A DNA stretch of 64,000 nucleotides from the IMG/VR virus record IMGVR_UViG_3300022654_000689. One strand, given 5' to 3'. The notes beneath the pieces are model-generated. The model saw only the letters and a list, made by a program, of their open reading frames with translations. It had not been told where the DNA came from and searched no databases. This DNA comes from a virus. Taxonomy: Duplodnaviria; Caudoviricetes. Position 1 is the stretch's first letter. Every line of letters starts with the position of its first letter. The translations under genes and the position numbers were made by a program. Below, in pieces: positions 28,463 through 38,560 of the stretch.

Positions 28463-30548
28463 ATAATGATGAATTTATTCGTTTAATTTTTCTATTACCT
28501 AAACTTATTGTTTTAATTGATGTTGAATTGCCAAATATTTTTACATTAGAATTCTTAGTTACTTTCCAATATTTACTTTCAGCTGTATTTAAGTTTATTA
28601 AAGATATATCTTCGAAACCTAGTATTTTCATTCTACCCCAATCATCATTAGTTTTTGTAGGAAGTAATCCTATTATTGTATTAATAATTGTATCACTGTT
28701 TTTTCCACTTATTTTAAAAGTTTTTAAAGAGTTGCAATTAGTAAACATGGGATTTAATACACATGAATCATTTAATATTACATTATCCATATTTATTTTT
28801 GTTAAAGAAGAACAATCTGAAAACATTGTATCTAACGTTGTTGCAAGAGACGCATCTAAATTAGGCATAATTATTCGTTTTAAAGAAGAACACGCTTCAA
28901 ACATACGTCTATTACTTCCAGACGATAATTTCTTGATATTCTCTAAACCTATAATTTCTTCTAATGATGAACACATATGGAACATTGCAAGTACGTTAAT
29001 TTCGCCATTGAATTTTGGAATACTTAAATAATTTAATGAAGTGCATGTTGTAAACATACTATTCGCACTAACATTATAATTTATAATCCATTTACTTAAA
29101 TCTAACTTAGTCAACGACGTACAATTTGCAAATGGAGCAACAACAGCTCTTGTTGTATTATTCAATCCAAAAGAACTTGTATCCCAGTCTTCAATCCCAA
29201 TTATTTCAGTTAATGCTGAACACATATAGAACATTAGGTCTATCAGAGTTACGTTAGACATATTCCAATCAGTTGAATCTATTTTAGTCAACGCTGAACA
29301 ACCTTGGAAACAACTTGTCAATGCGGTTACATTATTAAATTCCATATATCCACATTCAATCAATCCAGTATAACCGTAAAAACTAATACTAGATGGTGCA
29401 TCAGTACTATATATTGATCTGGTAACTAAGTTTTCAGCAGTATGTGTTGAAACAGGTTCTTCGTATTCAGTACTCATTATTGGATATTGATCAGGTTCAT
29501 CATTTTCATCAAGATTTATTAATAAAGTAGGATTAGTTGATAATACATTTTGAGTGTTTAAATATTCATCTACTATTTCATAGTTAACAAATTCTTCATT
29601 AAACATAGGCAGTAAATTATCTTGTATAGACTTATCAAAAGTATATTGAGCTATTAATAAAGGCATACCGTCGTAGTTCCAATATTTATTATATAAAGAT
29701 CTTATATTAATTCCCTTAGTACTATCCATTTCAGATACAAATAGTCTACCTGGATTATCCGAAGTTTTTGTAGGTAATACTTCAATTATTTTATTTAAAA
29801 ATTTTACATTTGTTTTTTTAGGTATTTGAACTTCTTTTAAAGCAGGACAGTTGCTAAACATAAGAGTTGTACTACCATTTTCATTATCACTAAATAATAG
29901 TACTGTTTCTAAAGCAGCGCAATTAGTAAATATTTGAGCTAATGTAGTTGCATTAGTAATTTTCCAATTACTAATATCTAATGATTTTAAAGCTCTACAA
30001 TCTTGGAATGTACCAGCAACTAGTTCTGCATTATTTGTATTCCAATTATTAACATCTAATTCTTTTAAAACATAGCATCCTCTAAACATAGCTCCGAAAT
30101 TAGTTACTTTACTAACATCCCAATTACCAACATCTATTGAAGTTAATAAACGACAGCCTGAAAAAAGACCTCCCATATTAGTAACATTACTAACATCTAA
30201 ATTTTCCAAACCAACTATAGTTTCTAATTTACTACAAGAATTGAACATACCTTCTATGGTTTCCATTTTACTAAAATTTGATTTACTAAAATCAACAAAT
30301 TTTAAATTTGAACATTTATAAAATGCTCCATACATATTTGTAGTTTCCCTGGTGTCCATTTCTAAAATTTCTAATAAACTGCTTTTTCCTTGAAAACTTA
30401 TGTGCGTAGGTAAATCATCGCTATATATAGTTCTAGTAGTAATAGTTCCATCTACTATATCTTCATATGTATAATTAGTAAATTCAGTATTAAAAGTTGG
30501 TAATACACTGGATGTACCACTAAATTTATACTTAACTATTAAATTCAT
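28461..30548 (-). CDS. BspA/DUF285-like 26-residue LRR protein with two LRR blocks (putative receptor-binding protein)
   Basis: MFxxCxxLxxLDxxNW repeats, each block preceded by a KYKF...PxFNxEF...TRTIYS-type cap. Confidence 0.85.
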   Translation of the reverse strand: MNLIVKYKFSGTSSVLPTFNTEFTNYTYEDIVDGTITTRTIYSDDLPTHISFQGKSSLLEILEMDTRETTNMYGAFYKCSNLKFVDFSKSNFSKMETIEGMFNSCSKLETIVGLENLDVSNVTNMGGLFSGCRLLTSIDVGNWDVSKVTNFGAMFRGCYVLKELDVNNWNTNNAELVAGTFQDCRALKSLDISNWKITNATTLAQIFTNCAALETVLLFSDNENGSTTLMFSNCPALKEVQIPKKTNVKFLNKIIEVLPTKTSDNPGRLFVSEMDSTKGINIRSLYNKYWNYDGMPLLIAQYTFDKSIQDNLLPMFNEEFVNYEIVDEYLNTQNVLSTNPTLLINLDENDEPDQYPIMSTEYEEPVSTHTAENLVTRSIYSTDAPSSISFYGYTGLIECGYMEFNNVTALTSCFQGCSALTKIDSTDWNMSNVTLIDLMFYMCSALTEIIGIEDWDTSSFGLNNTTRAVVAPFANCTSLTKLDLSKWIINYNVSANSMFTTCTSLNYLSIPKFNGEINVLAMFHMCSSLEEIIGLENIKKLSSGSNRRMFEACSSLKRIIMPNLDASLATTLDTMFSDCSSLTKINMDNVILNDSCVLNPMFTNCNSLKTFKISGKNSDTIINTIIGLLPTKTNDDWGRMKILGFEDISLINLNTAESKYWKVTKNSNVKIFGNSTSIKTISLGNRKIKRINSSL

Positions 30549-30574
30549 TTGTACTCTCCTTTCTTAAAATTTTA

Positions 30575-30602
30575 TAAAGGGCTCTCAATTGAGAGCCCTT
30601 TA
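30575..30602 (-). terminator. Perfect palindromic hairpin
   Basis: TAAAGGGCTCTCAATTGAGAGCCCTTTA. Confidence 0.6.
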
Positions 30603-30611
30603 TATATTATT

Positions 30612-30956
30612 TTATAAGCTATCATCGTTAAGTTCTAATGTTTGTATTAACATTGCAGATAAATTTCCTACTTCATTTTCTAAATTAGTAACTCTATCTT
30701 CTAGAGCTGGTTCTGGTTCTTGTAATTCTAATACTTCATAACTTATGAATATATAATCACCATATACATTATAACCTTTAATGTGTAAATATTGAGTTTC
30801 TTCGTTATATACAGGTCTTATATCTTTTACTTCTTTAAACCCATATTTTATCATAAGACCTACATTTTTATTAAAATTTGCTATGTATTGCCCATTTTCC
30901 GTTACATAGTTTTTAGGTGCATAATTTATTACACCATTATTTAATTTAGCATACAT
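30612..30956 (-). CDS. Tail-fibre accessory/chaperone-like small protein
   Basis: 114 aa; MYAKL..G.I.YAP..., C-terminal LEDRVTNLE coiled coil typical of Firmicute phage fibre-adjacent genes. Confidence 0.6.
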   Translation of the reverse strand: MYAKLNNGVINYAPKNYVTENGQYIANFNKNVGLMIKYGFKEVKDIRPVYNEETQYLHIKGYNVYGDYIFISYEVLELQEPEPALEDRVTNLENEVGNLSAMLIQTLELNDDSL

Positions 30957-30958
30957 TA

Positions 30959-32827
30959 TTATTCACCTTCCCCTTCTATTTTTTCAGCCATAGAAGCTTC
31001 TATTGTTATATTACTAGGCTGTATTTTGTATTCATCTGTTATTACTTGTATATATGAAATAGTTGTGTCAAAATTTATTTTTTCTGTTATATCCGTTTCT
31101 ATTATAATAGGTGTTTCTAAAATTAATGATTCATTTAAAGTTTCGTTATATCCTTCTGGAATTGCTACCCACTGTTCTATACAATATTTACCTTTTCCTT
31201 CGTCCCAATAAAATTTATCTTTATATTCGCCTATACTTCTTAAAGGTTGTGGTAAATAAACAATAATTTTCTGTTCTTTATAGTCTCTAAATTCTAAATA
31301 ATTAGTATTTTCGTATTCATAAAATTTAGTATCTTGAACATATATAGCTCTTTTTAATCCTGTAATATCTGGTAATTCATCTTTAATTTTGTTACAAGAA
31401 TTTTTATCTGAATACAGCATGCCTATATATTTTAAAGCATTACAACCTTCAAACATTGAAGTTGAGTTAGTTACATTAATAGTATTAAAATTACTTAAAT
31501 CTAATGAAGTTAATTTATTACAATTATAGAACATACTATTCATAGTAGTTACTTTACTAGTATTAAAATTACTTACATCTAATGAAGTTAATGATTTACA
31601 ACCATAGAACATATTTCTCATAACAGTTACATTACTAGTATCCCAATTACTTAAATCTAATGAAGTTAAGCTGTTACAATGAACGAACATAAAACTCATA
31701 TTAGTCACATTACTAGTATTCCAATTACTTACATCTAATGTAGTTAAATTATTACAATAATAGAACATAGAATCCATATTATTTACAATACTAGTATTAA
31801 AATTACTTACATCTAATGTAGTTAAATTATTACAATAACAGAACATACTTCTCATATTAGTCACATTACTAGTATCCCAATTACTTAAATCTAATGAAGT
31901 TAAGCTGTTACAATGATCAAACATATAACCCATATTAGTTACATTACTAGTATCAAAATTACTTACATCTAATTGAGTTAAATTATTACAATAATAGAAC
32001 ATCCCATACATATTAGTTACATTACTAGTATCAAAATTACTTACATCTAATTGAGTTAATTTATTACAATTTTCGAACATACTTAGCATATTAGTTACAT
32101 TACTAGTATTAAAATTACTTACGTCTAATGAAGTTAAATTATTACAATTATTGAACATACTAGTCATAGTAGTTACTTTACTAGTATTTAAATACATAAC
32201 TTCTAACAAACTATTAGAAAAATTATTTGCAGAACCACTTTCATTACCGAATCTCATTAATGTAGGTAATTCAGTACTATATATAGTTCTAGTAACCATC
32301 GAATTTAGAGCTCGTAATTCTGTTATATTCTCTCGTATATTTCCCCCCCAAATTCTAAAGTATTTTGCATTATCAGGCACATCGATTTCATTTACAAGAC
32401 TTCTATCCATTTGTGATATAAAAATTTTATTTTCGTCATACCAGTCAATTAACAACTGTCCACTATTAGGTGTTACTCTAATAATAGTATTTGGAATAAC
32501 TTCTATATAATTGCCATTTCGATATATAGTGCTATCGGAAAATTCTGTATTTTCACCTGTATTGCCGTCTATACCACCGAGTTCCCAATTGAAATCACTT
32601 ATAATTATTTCATATACTGCATTTTCATCTTCATAAGTATAATCCGTAAACTCAGCATTAAACTCAGGTATTAAATCATATAAAGTATTATTGAATTTAT
32701 ATTCTGCTATTTTGTATTTGTCGCTTACCGTAATTTCTACTTCAACATCATTAGGTGATATATTTACATTATCTTCATGTTCAAATGTAAATGATATATA
32801 AGCTATATCATTATTCGTTGCCATCAT
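30959..32827 (-). CDS. BspA/DUF285-like LRR protein with inserted beta-sandwich (CBM-like) domain
   Basis: About 10 near-perfect 26-aa repeats; WELGGID...WYDENK...PDNAKYFRI domain inserted within the cap. Confidence 0.85.
   Translation of the reverse strand: MMATNNDIAYISFTFEHEDNVNISPNDVEVEITVSDKYKIAEYKFNNTLYDLIPEFNAEFTDYTYEDENAVYEIIISDFNWELGGIDGNTGENTEFSDSTIYRNGNYIEVIPNTIIRVTPNSGQLLIDWYDENKIFISQMDRSLVNEIDVPDNAKYFRIWGGNIRENITELRALNSMVTRTIYSTELPTLMRFGNESGSANNFSNSLLEVMYLNTSKVTTMTSMFNNCNNLTSLDVSNFNTSNVTNMLSMFENCNKLTQLDVSNFDTSNVTNMYGMFYYCNNLTQLDVSNFDTSNVTNMGYMFDHCNSLTSLDLSNWDTSNVTNMRSMFCYCNNLTTLDVSNFNTSIVNNMDSMFYYCNNLTTLDVSNWNTSNVTNMSFMFVHCNSLTSLDLSNWDTSNVTVMRNMFYGCKSLTSLDVSNFNTSKVTTMNSMFYNCNKLTSLDLSNFNTINVTNSTSMFEGCNALKYIGMLYSDKNSCNKIKDELPDITGLKRAIYVQDTKFYEYENTNYLEFRDYKEQKIIVYLPQPLRSIGEYKDKFYWDEGKGKYCIEQWVAIPEGYNETLNESLILETPIIIETDITEKINFDTTISYIQVITDEYKIQPSNITIEASMAEKIEGEGE
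31430..32195 (-). repeat. 78-bp tandem repeat array (26-aa LRR units)
   Basis: Framework TTAGATGTAAGTAAT...ACTAGTAATGTAACT repeated with variable codons around ATGTTC; boundaries approximate. Confidence 0.85.
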
Positions 32828-35306
32828 TCATCACCTCATCTATTAATTTTTGTATATCTATTCCAAACATACGTTTTTTCTCTTCAGATATATCAATTAT
32901 TTTTACTAATTCTTTATTAGCGTTGTATAAATAGCATTTCAATACATAAACGTTTTCTGTTAATACATTTACAGTGATTTGTTTTTTACCTGATATATCA
33001 ATATATTTAGTTTTTACAACATTTGGAACTTCATCTTCAAAAGCACCAGTACTATCATTTATATCACCTTGTATTAATTCGTTATTATCAGGTTCTTCTG
33101 GCTCTATTGATACTCCAACAATATTCCAGAATTTAGATTGTGCTGTTGTTACATCTACTTGACTAGAATCATCTACTCCTTCAATATTTAAGGTACCTGG
33201 ATCCTCACTAGTTCTAGTAGGAAGATCAGAGATCACTTTATTTACTGATGTATAGTTTGTATTTTTCATTTCAATATTTTTTAAACTACTTGTACCCAAT
33301 GAGAATGATGCACTTACAGTTGCATTACTAAGATCACAACTATTCATTGTTATAGTTTCTAAACTATAACAATCCTGGAATAGATAAGATATGTTTATCG
33401 ATGAATTAATAAATCCATCTAAATTTACAGATGTTAAATTGCTACATCTTCTAAACGCAGACATCATCATGTTTATATTATGATTAGTTAATAAACTAAA
33501 ATCTATAGTTTCTAATTTAGGACAATCAGAGAATAAACAATACATACGTGTTAGTGAACTATTACTAATATCCCATTCATCAATACCATTTACATATTTT
33601 AAATTAGTACAGCCAAGAAATGAACTATCTAAACTAGTAACTGCTGAAGTCACATTTAAATATTCAATGCCTAGTAAATTCGTTTTGTTTTTAAAGCTAA
33701 AAGTACTGAAATCTTCTTCTGAAATTATTTCTACAGTATATATACCGTTATTTTCCGTTTCTGTTAATTCATATGCATATCCACTATTAAATGTTGGGAC
33801 TACTCCTGCGGCATTTGCTGTATATCTAGCTACTAAATTGTTAATTTCAGTTTCTTCAACAACATTCCAGAATTTAGATTGTGCTGTTGTTATATCTACT
33901 TGACTAAAATCATCTACCCCTTCAATATTTAAAGTACCTGGAGAATCGCTTGTTCTAGTTGGTATTTTTTCTATAATTTTATTAACTGAATTATAATCTG
34001 AATTATTCATTATTATAGAAGTTAAATTCGTACAATTTAAGAACATACCAGAGGTATCAGTTACTTTATTCATATTAAACGTGCCTAAATTTATTGTAGC
34101 AAGATTTTTACAACCATAGAACATATAACTCATAGTAGTTACGTTACTAGTATTCCAATTAGATAAGTCTAATTCTGTTATACCAGTCATCCAATAAAAC
34201 ATTTCTCTCATGTTAGTTATGTTATCAACATTCCAATTTTTTATGTCTAGTGTAGTTAGGCTAGTACAATTACTGAACGTATTTTGCATACTAACTATGT
34301 TTGTAGTATTCCAGTTATTTATATTATTTATATTAGTTAAATTTAAACAGTCATTGAACATATATCTTAAAGATGTTAAATTACTTATATCGATATACTC
34401 AACATAAGTTAATTTGTAAGAATTAGTTCCCATGTCCATTGAAGTTGGTAAACTGTTACTATATATGGTTCTAGTTGTTATGTTTCCTTCTACTATATCC
34501 TCATATGTATAAGTAAAACCAGTATTGAACGCAGGTATTACATCTAAAGTATTGTCGAATTTATATTTTACTACCTTAATATCATAAACAACTGTTTCTT
34601 CATATTGGGCAGTAACGGTTAAATCCCTTGTTACATTACTAAAATCAGTGTCCCAACCTATGAATGTATATCCTTCTCTAGTAGGATTAGATGGTGCTGT
34701 CGCACTTTTGCCAATTTCAACAGTTTGAATTCCTAACACTGTTCCATTCCAGTCTTTAAATGTTACTGTAAAATATTGTGTCTCCGCATATTGAGCTGTT
34801 ACAGTTAAATTACTTGTTACATTACTAAAATCAATATCCCAACCTGTAAATACATACCCATCTCTAGTAGGGTTATCAGGTGCTGTTGCACTAGAACCTT
34901 CTTCTACTGTTTGAGTTTTTAATACTGTTCCGTCCCAATCTTTAAATGTTACTGTGTAAGTTGCTGGTTCTGTATAAGTCACAATATATGTCATATCAGT
35001 AAATTTTACATTAATAGTAGTATTTTTAGACGGCGCAGTTCTTGTTACTGTAACATCTGCAGAGCTAGTTATTGTAGTTCCTAAAGAAACACTAAAAGAA
35101 CCTGATGTAGTGGCTATAGACTCGTCATTTATTGTTACTCCAGTAATGCTTCCACCAGGAGTAATTGTACCAGTTAGCATACATGACGTAATTGTTGCGC
35201 CACTAGGTATAGATGGTGCTGTCCATTCAATAGTACCTGAACCTGATGTAAATTTATTTCTAAGCTGAATCGATAAATCGCTCGGTGTACTTGTTACTGT
35301 TGCCAT
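32811..35306 (-). CDS. LRR protein with two InlB B-repeat-like (Listeria-Bacteroides repeat) domains and two LRR blocks
   Basis: (Y/F)TVTFKDW(D/N)GTVL...PTR(D/E)GYxFxGWD x2; MFxxC LRR repeats. Confidence 0.85.
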   Translation of the reverse strand: MATVTSTPSDLSIQLRNKFTSGSGTIEWTAPSIPSGATITSCMLTGTITPGGSITGVTINDESIATTSGSFSVSLGTTITSSADVTVTRTAPSKNTTINVKFTDMTYIVTYTEPATYTVTFKDWDGTVLKTQTVEEGSSATAPDNPTRDGYVFTGWDIDFSNVTSNLTVTAQYAETQYFTVTFKDWNGTVLGIQTVEIGKSATAPSNPTREGYTFIGWDTDFSNVTRDLTVTAQYEETVVYDIKVVKYKFDNTLDVIPAFNTGFTYTYEDIVEGNITTRTIYSNSLPTSMDMGTNSYKLTYVEYIDISNLTSLRYMFNDCLNLTNINNINNWNTTNIVSMQNTFSNCTSLTTLDIKNWNVDNITNMREMFYWMTGITELDLSNWNTSNVTTMSYMFYGCKNLATINLGTFNMNKVTDTSGMFLNCTNLTSIIMNNSDYNSVNKIIEKIPTRTSDSPGTLNIEGVDDFSQVDITTAQSKFWNVVEETEINNLVARYTANAAGVVPTFNSGYAYELTETENNGIYTVEIISEEDFSTFSFKNKTNLLGIEYLNVTSAVTSLDSSFLGCTNLKYVNGIDEWDISNSSLTRMYCLFSDCPKLETIDFSLLTNHNINMMMSAFRRCSNLTSVNLDGFINSSINISYLFQDCYSLETITMNSCDLSNATVSASFSLGTSSLKNIEMKNTNYTSVNKVISDLPTRTSEDPGTLNIEGVDDSSQVDVTTAQSKFWNIVGVSIEPEEPDNNELIQGDINDSTGAFEDEVPNVVKTKYIDISGKKQITVNVLTENVYVLKCYLYNANKELVKIIDISEEKKRMFGIDIQKLIDEVMNDGNE

Positions 35307-35308
35307 AA

Positions 35309-38269
35309 TTATTCACTCTCCCTTCCAAATTTAACTGGGCAACTTGATACATTAAATTTAATTCTATATTTATCATATATCAATTGTCCAACTGATTGTA
35401 TATCTGATAAATTTGATTTATTTTGAACTGTATTTCCGTACACTTCAGTTATATAAGAATCATGTATATAACATAAATTTTCACTTTCAACAACCATAGG
35501 ATAATTTGTATAAGTTTGATAATAATGATTATATTTTCCAAGATGTCCTATGTCGTCTCCATCTGAATCCTTTTGAATCACCCTTATATAGTTGAATACG
35601 AAATTTAAATTAGCAGCCGTTCCATCGTTACCAACTAATAATGTTGAATATTTTTTAAGTTTTATTATAGTTTTCAATATAGATGAAGAGTTTATAATAA
35701 AATCATCATTAAACGTAATACCATTATTGTTTAACTTTATTTTTATTTCTTTAGCTTCTGACATAGTTACATTACTTAAAAATAATGTTTCATCATTAAC
35801 AGAGTTCCAAATAGCAAAATTTAATTCAGTTTTTTCAGGATAGAAATTAATTTTGATTTGATCTGTTCTAGTTTCATCCATAATTGTTATAAGATTTAAA
35901 GGTCCACTACCTACATTATTTTCCCAACTCATTTTAGCTTCTAAATAGTCACCTCTAGCTAAATTAATAGACGCTGATATGAATAATTCTTCATTTAAAT
36001 GTCTTTCGGATATTAAATTATTTACAGTAATATCGCTTTTAAAGTAATCTTTATAAGGAAATCTAGCAGTCATATTAACTGGTTTTACTTCTTTTTCATT
36101 AGTATATATTTTCATATACGGATTATGTGTATTAAATGCTATTTTTTCAGTTATATCAGTTTCTATAATTTCTGGTGTTGATAAAACTAAAGATTCATTT
36201 ATTTCACCAATATAATCTTCTGGTATATCAATCCATTTTTCTATACAATATTTTTGCTTAGAATTGTCCCAATATAATTTATCTTTAATATTATTTATAG
36301 ACTTTAATTGTTGAGGTATTCTAACTTTTTGTGTTTCAAATGTGTAATTTCTGAATAAAGTATATTCATTAGAAGCACAATCTTCAGCAGATGTGTCCAA
36401 TACCCATATAGTTCTTTGTAAACCTTCTGCATTTGGAAATGCTAGTTGCAACATTTCACATGTTTTTTTATTTGAATAAAGTAAACCTATGTGTTTTAAA
36501 TTTTCACAGTTATAAAACATATTACTCATATCGGTTACATTACTAGTATCAAAATTACTTACGTCTAATGTAGTTAATGATTGACAATTATGGAACATAT
36601 AACTCATATCGGTTACATTACTAGTATCAAAATTACTTACGTCTAATGTAGTTAATGATTGACAATCTTTGAACATACTTTCCATATCAGTTACGTTACT
36701 AGTATTCCAATTACTTACATCTAATGAAGTTAAATTATTACAACCATAGAACATACTTTCCATATCAGTTACTTTACCAGTATTCCAATTACTTACATCT
36801 AATGAAGTTAAATTAGTACAATCAGAGAACATAGCATACATATTGGTTACATTACTAGTATTCCAATTACTTACATCTAATGTTGTTAAATTATTACAAC
36901 CATAGAACATATATTCCATATCAGTTACGTTACTAGTATCCCAATTACTTACATCTAATATAGTTAAATTATTACAACCGCTCATCATTCCATACATATT
37001 AGTGCATTTGTCAGTTATAATAAATGGTGTTATATAATTAATATTACAACATCCATGGAACATTAATTCACATGTTGTTATATTAGTTGCATCTAAATAT
37101 ATTAATTCAATTATTGCCCTGAATTTTGCTTTAGATGCTTCACCTCCACTACCACTACTATCAGGATTACCAAATCTAACCATTGTAGGTAAACTATTAC
37201 TATATATAGTTCTAGTAGTTACTTCTCCGTCCACTATATCTTCATAAGCATAACCTGTAAACTCAGCATTAAATTCTGGTATTAAATCATATAAAGTATT
37301 ATTGAATTTATATTTGACTATAATTTCTTCATACTGAGCTGTTACTAGTAAGTCACTAGTTACATTAGTAAAATCAACATCCCATCCTATGAATATATAA
37401 CCGTTTCTAGTAGGATTAGAAGGAGCAGTTGCAGATTGTCCCTCTTCAACTTGTTCAGTTTTTAACACCGTTCCGTCCCAATCTTTAAATGTTACTATGT
37501 AATGAATTATTTCTTCATACTGAGCTGTTACTAGTAAGTCACTAGTTACATTAGTAAAATCAACATCCCATCCTATGAATATATAACCGTCTCTAGTAGG
37601 ATTATCAGGTGCTGATGCTGGTTGTCCTTCTTCTACAGTTTGAGTTTTTAATACTGTTTCGTCCCAATCTTTAAATGTTACTGTATAATAAATTATTTCT
37701 TCATACTGAGCAGTAACAGTTAAATTGTTAGTTACATTAGTAAAATCAACATCCCATCCTATGAATGTATAACCGTCTCTAGTAGGATTAGAAGGAGCAG
37801 TTGCAGATTGTCCCTCTTCAACTTGTTCAGTTTTTAACACCGTTCCATCCCAATCTTTAAATGTTACTGTATAAGTTGTTGGTTCGGATGAACTATCATC
37901 TATATATAAGTATGCCCCTTCGATAAAACCCTCTATAACATAGTTACTAGTAGAACGTATATAAATCGTTGGGTGAGCAGTGTCGACAATAGTAACGGTA
38001 ATTTCTTTATTATAACTAGTAACAACATCAGGGTTTGAATCTATTTCCATATAAATACCTGAAGGTATAGATGCTACTCCTAATTTTATAGTTTTTCCTG
38101 CAATCATGTCTAGTGTACCAAAACTACTATGTATAGAATAGTCAGCTGTTTCAAAGCATACTTCTACACTATAGTCTTGTTTATCAACAAAATATACCTC
38201 ATTCTCTTCTTCAAAAATCCAATAGCCACTATTAAATTTAGGAAATAAGTTTTCACCAGTTGTTGCCAT
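35309..38269 (-). CDS. LRR protein with three InlB B-repeat-like domains
   Basis: Three YxVTFKDWD repeats, about 8 LRR units, C-terminal GNTVQN..SVG module. Confidence 0.85.
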   Translation of the reverse strand: MATTGENLFPKFNSGYWIFEEENEVYFVDKQDYSVEVCFETADYSIHSSFGTLDMIAGKTIKLGVASIPSGIYMEIDSNPDVVTSYNKEITVTIVDTAHPTIYIRSTSNYVIEGFIEGAYLYIDDSSSEPTTYTVTFKDWDGTVLKTEQVEEGQSATAPSNPTRDGYTFIGWDVDFTNVTNNLTVTAQYEEIIYYTVTFKDWDETVLKTQTVEEGQPASAPDNPTRDGYIFIGWDVDFTNVTSDLLVTAQYEEIIHYIVTFKDWDGTVLKTEQVEEGQSATAPSNPTRNGYIFIGWDVDFTNVTSDLLVTAQYEEIIVKYKFNNTLYDLIPEFNAEFTGYAYEDIVDGEVTTRTIYSNSLPTMVRFGNPDSSGSGGEASKAKFRAIIELIYLDATNITTCELMFHGCCNINYITPFIITDKCTNMYGMMSGCNNLTILDVSNWDTSNVTDMEYMFYGCNNLTTLDVSNWNTSNVTNMYAMFSDCTNLTSLDVSNWNTGKVTDMESMFYGCNNLTSLDVSNWNTSNVTDMESMFKDCQSLTTLDVSNFDTSNVTDMSYMFHNCQSLTTLDVSNFDTSNVTDMSNMFYNCENLKHIGLLYSNKKTCEMLQLAFPNAEGLQRTIWVLDTSAEDCASNEYTLFRNYTFETQKVRIPQQLKSINNIKDKLYWDNSKQKYCIEKWIDIPEDYIGEINESLVLSTPEIIETDITEKIAFNTHNPYMKIYTNEKEVKPVNMTARFPYKDYFKSDITVNNLISERHLNEELFISASINLARGDYLEAKMSWENNVGSGPLNLITIMDETRTDQIKINFYPEKTELNFAIWNSVNDETLFLSNVTMSEAKEIKIKLNNNGITFNDDFIINSSSILKTIIKLKKYSTLLVGNDGTAANLNFVFNYIRVIQKDSDGDDIGHLGKYNHYYQTYTNYPMVVESENLCYIHDSYITEVYGNTVQNKSNLSDIQSVGQLIYDKYRIKFNVSSCPVKFGRESE
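37320..37875 (-). repeat. Three ~186-bp tandem repeats (B-repeat domains)
   Basis: Long identical DNA stretches between copies; boundaries approximate. Confidence 0.85.
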
Positions 38270-38554
38270 CTATATTCTACCCCCCTTCCCAAATTCATAT
38301 GGACATGCTGACTGTATTATTTCTATTTCATATACTTCATCTAAAGCTTTCTCCCCTACAGAAGATATATCTAATAAATCATTTTCATTTTGTACAGTAT
38401 TTCCTTCTATTTCTTCTATATAGGTTTTTTCTTCTTCATCTAATAATTCTGAAACTATTTCTATCGGATAATTAGTTTTAGTAATAGTAAATTTATTTAT
38501 TACTGGTAATTTTTCTCCTTTTTCATTAAATAATAATTTTTTACTCATTCGCAA
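38270..38554 (-). CDS. Stand-alone copy of the C-terminal module of 35309..38269
   Basis: TNYP...GNTVQN..L.DI.SVG...Y.I....S.CP..FG in both. Confidence 0.75.
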   Translation of the reverse strand: MRMSKKLLFNEKGEKLPVINKFTITKTNYPIEIVSELLDEEEKTYIEEIEGNTVQNENDLLDISSVGEKALDEVYEIEIIQSACPYEFGKGGRI

Positions 38555-38560
38555 TCCCTC

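Noticed and set aside
31430-37875. CRISPR array suggested by regular repeats with variable intervals
   Set aside because: Periods are 78 and 186 bp, in frame within ORFs, with no unique spacers or cas genes.
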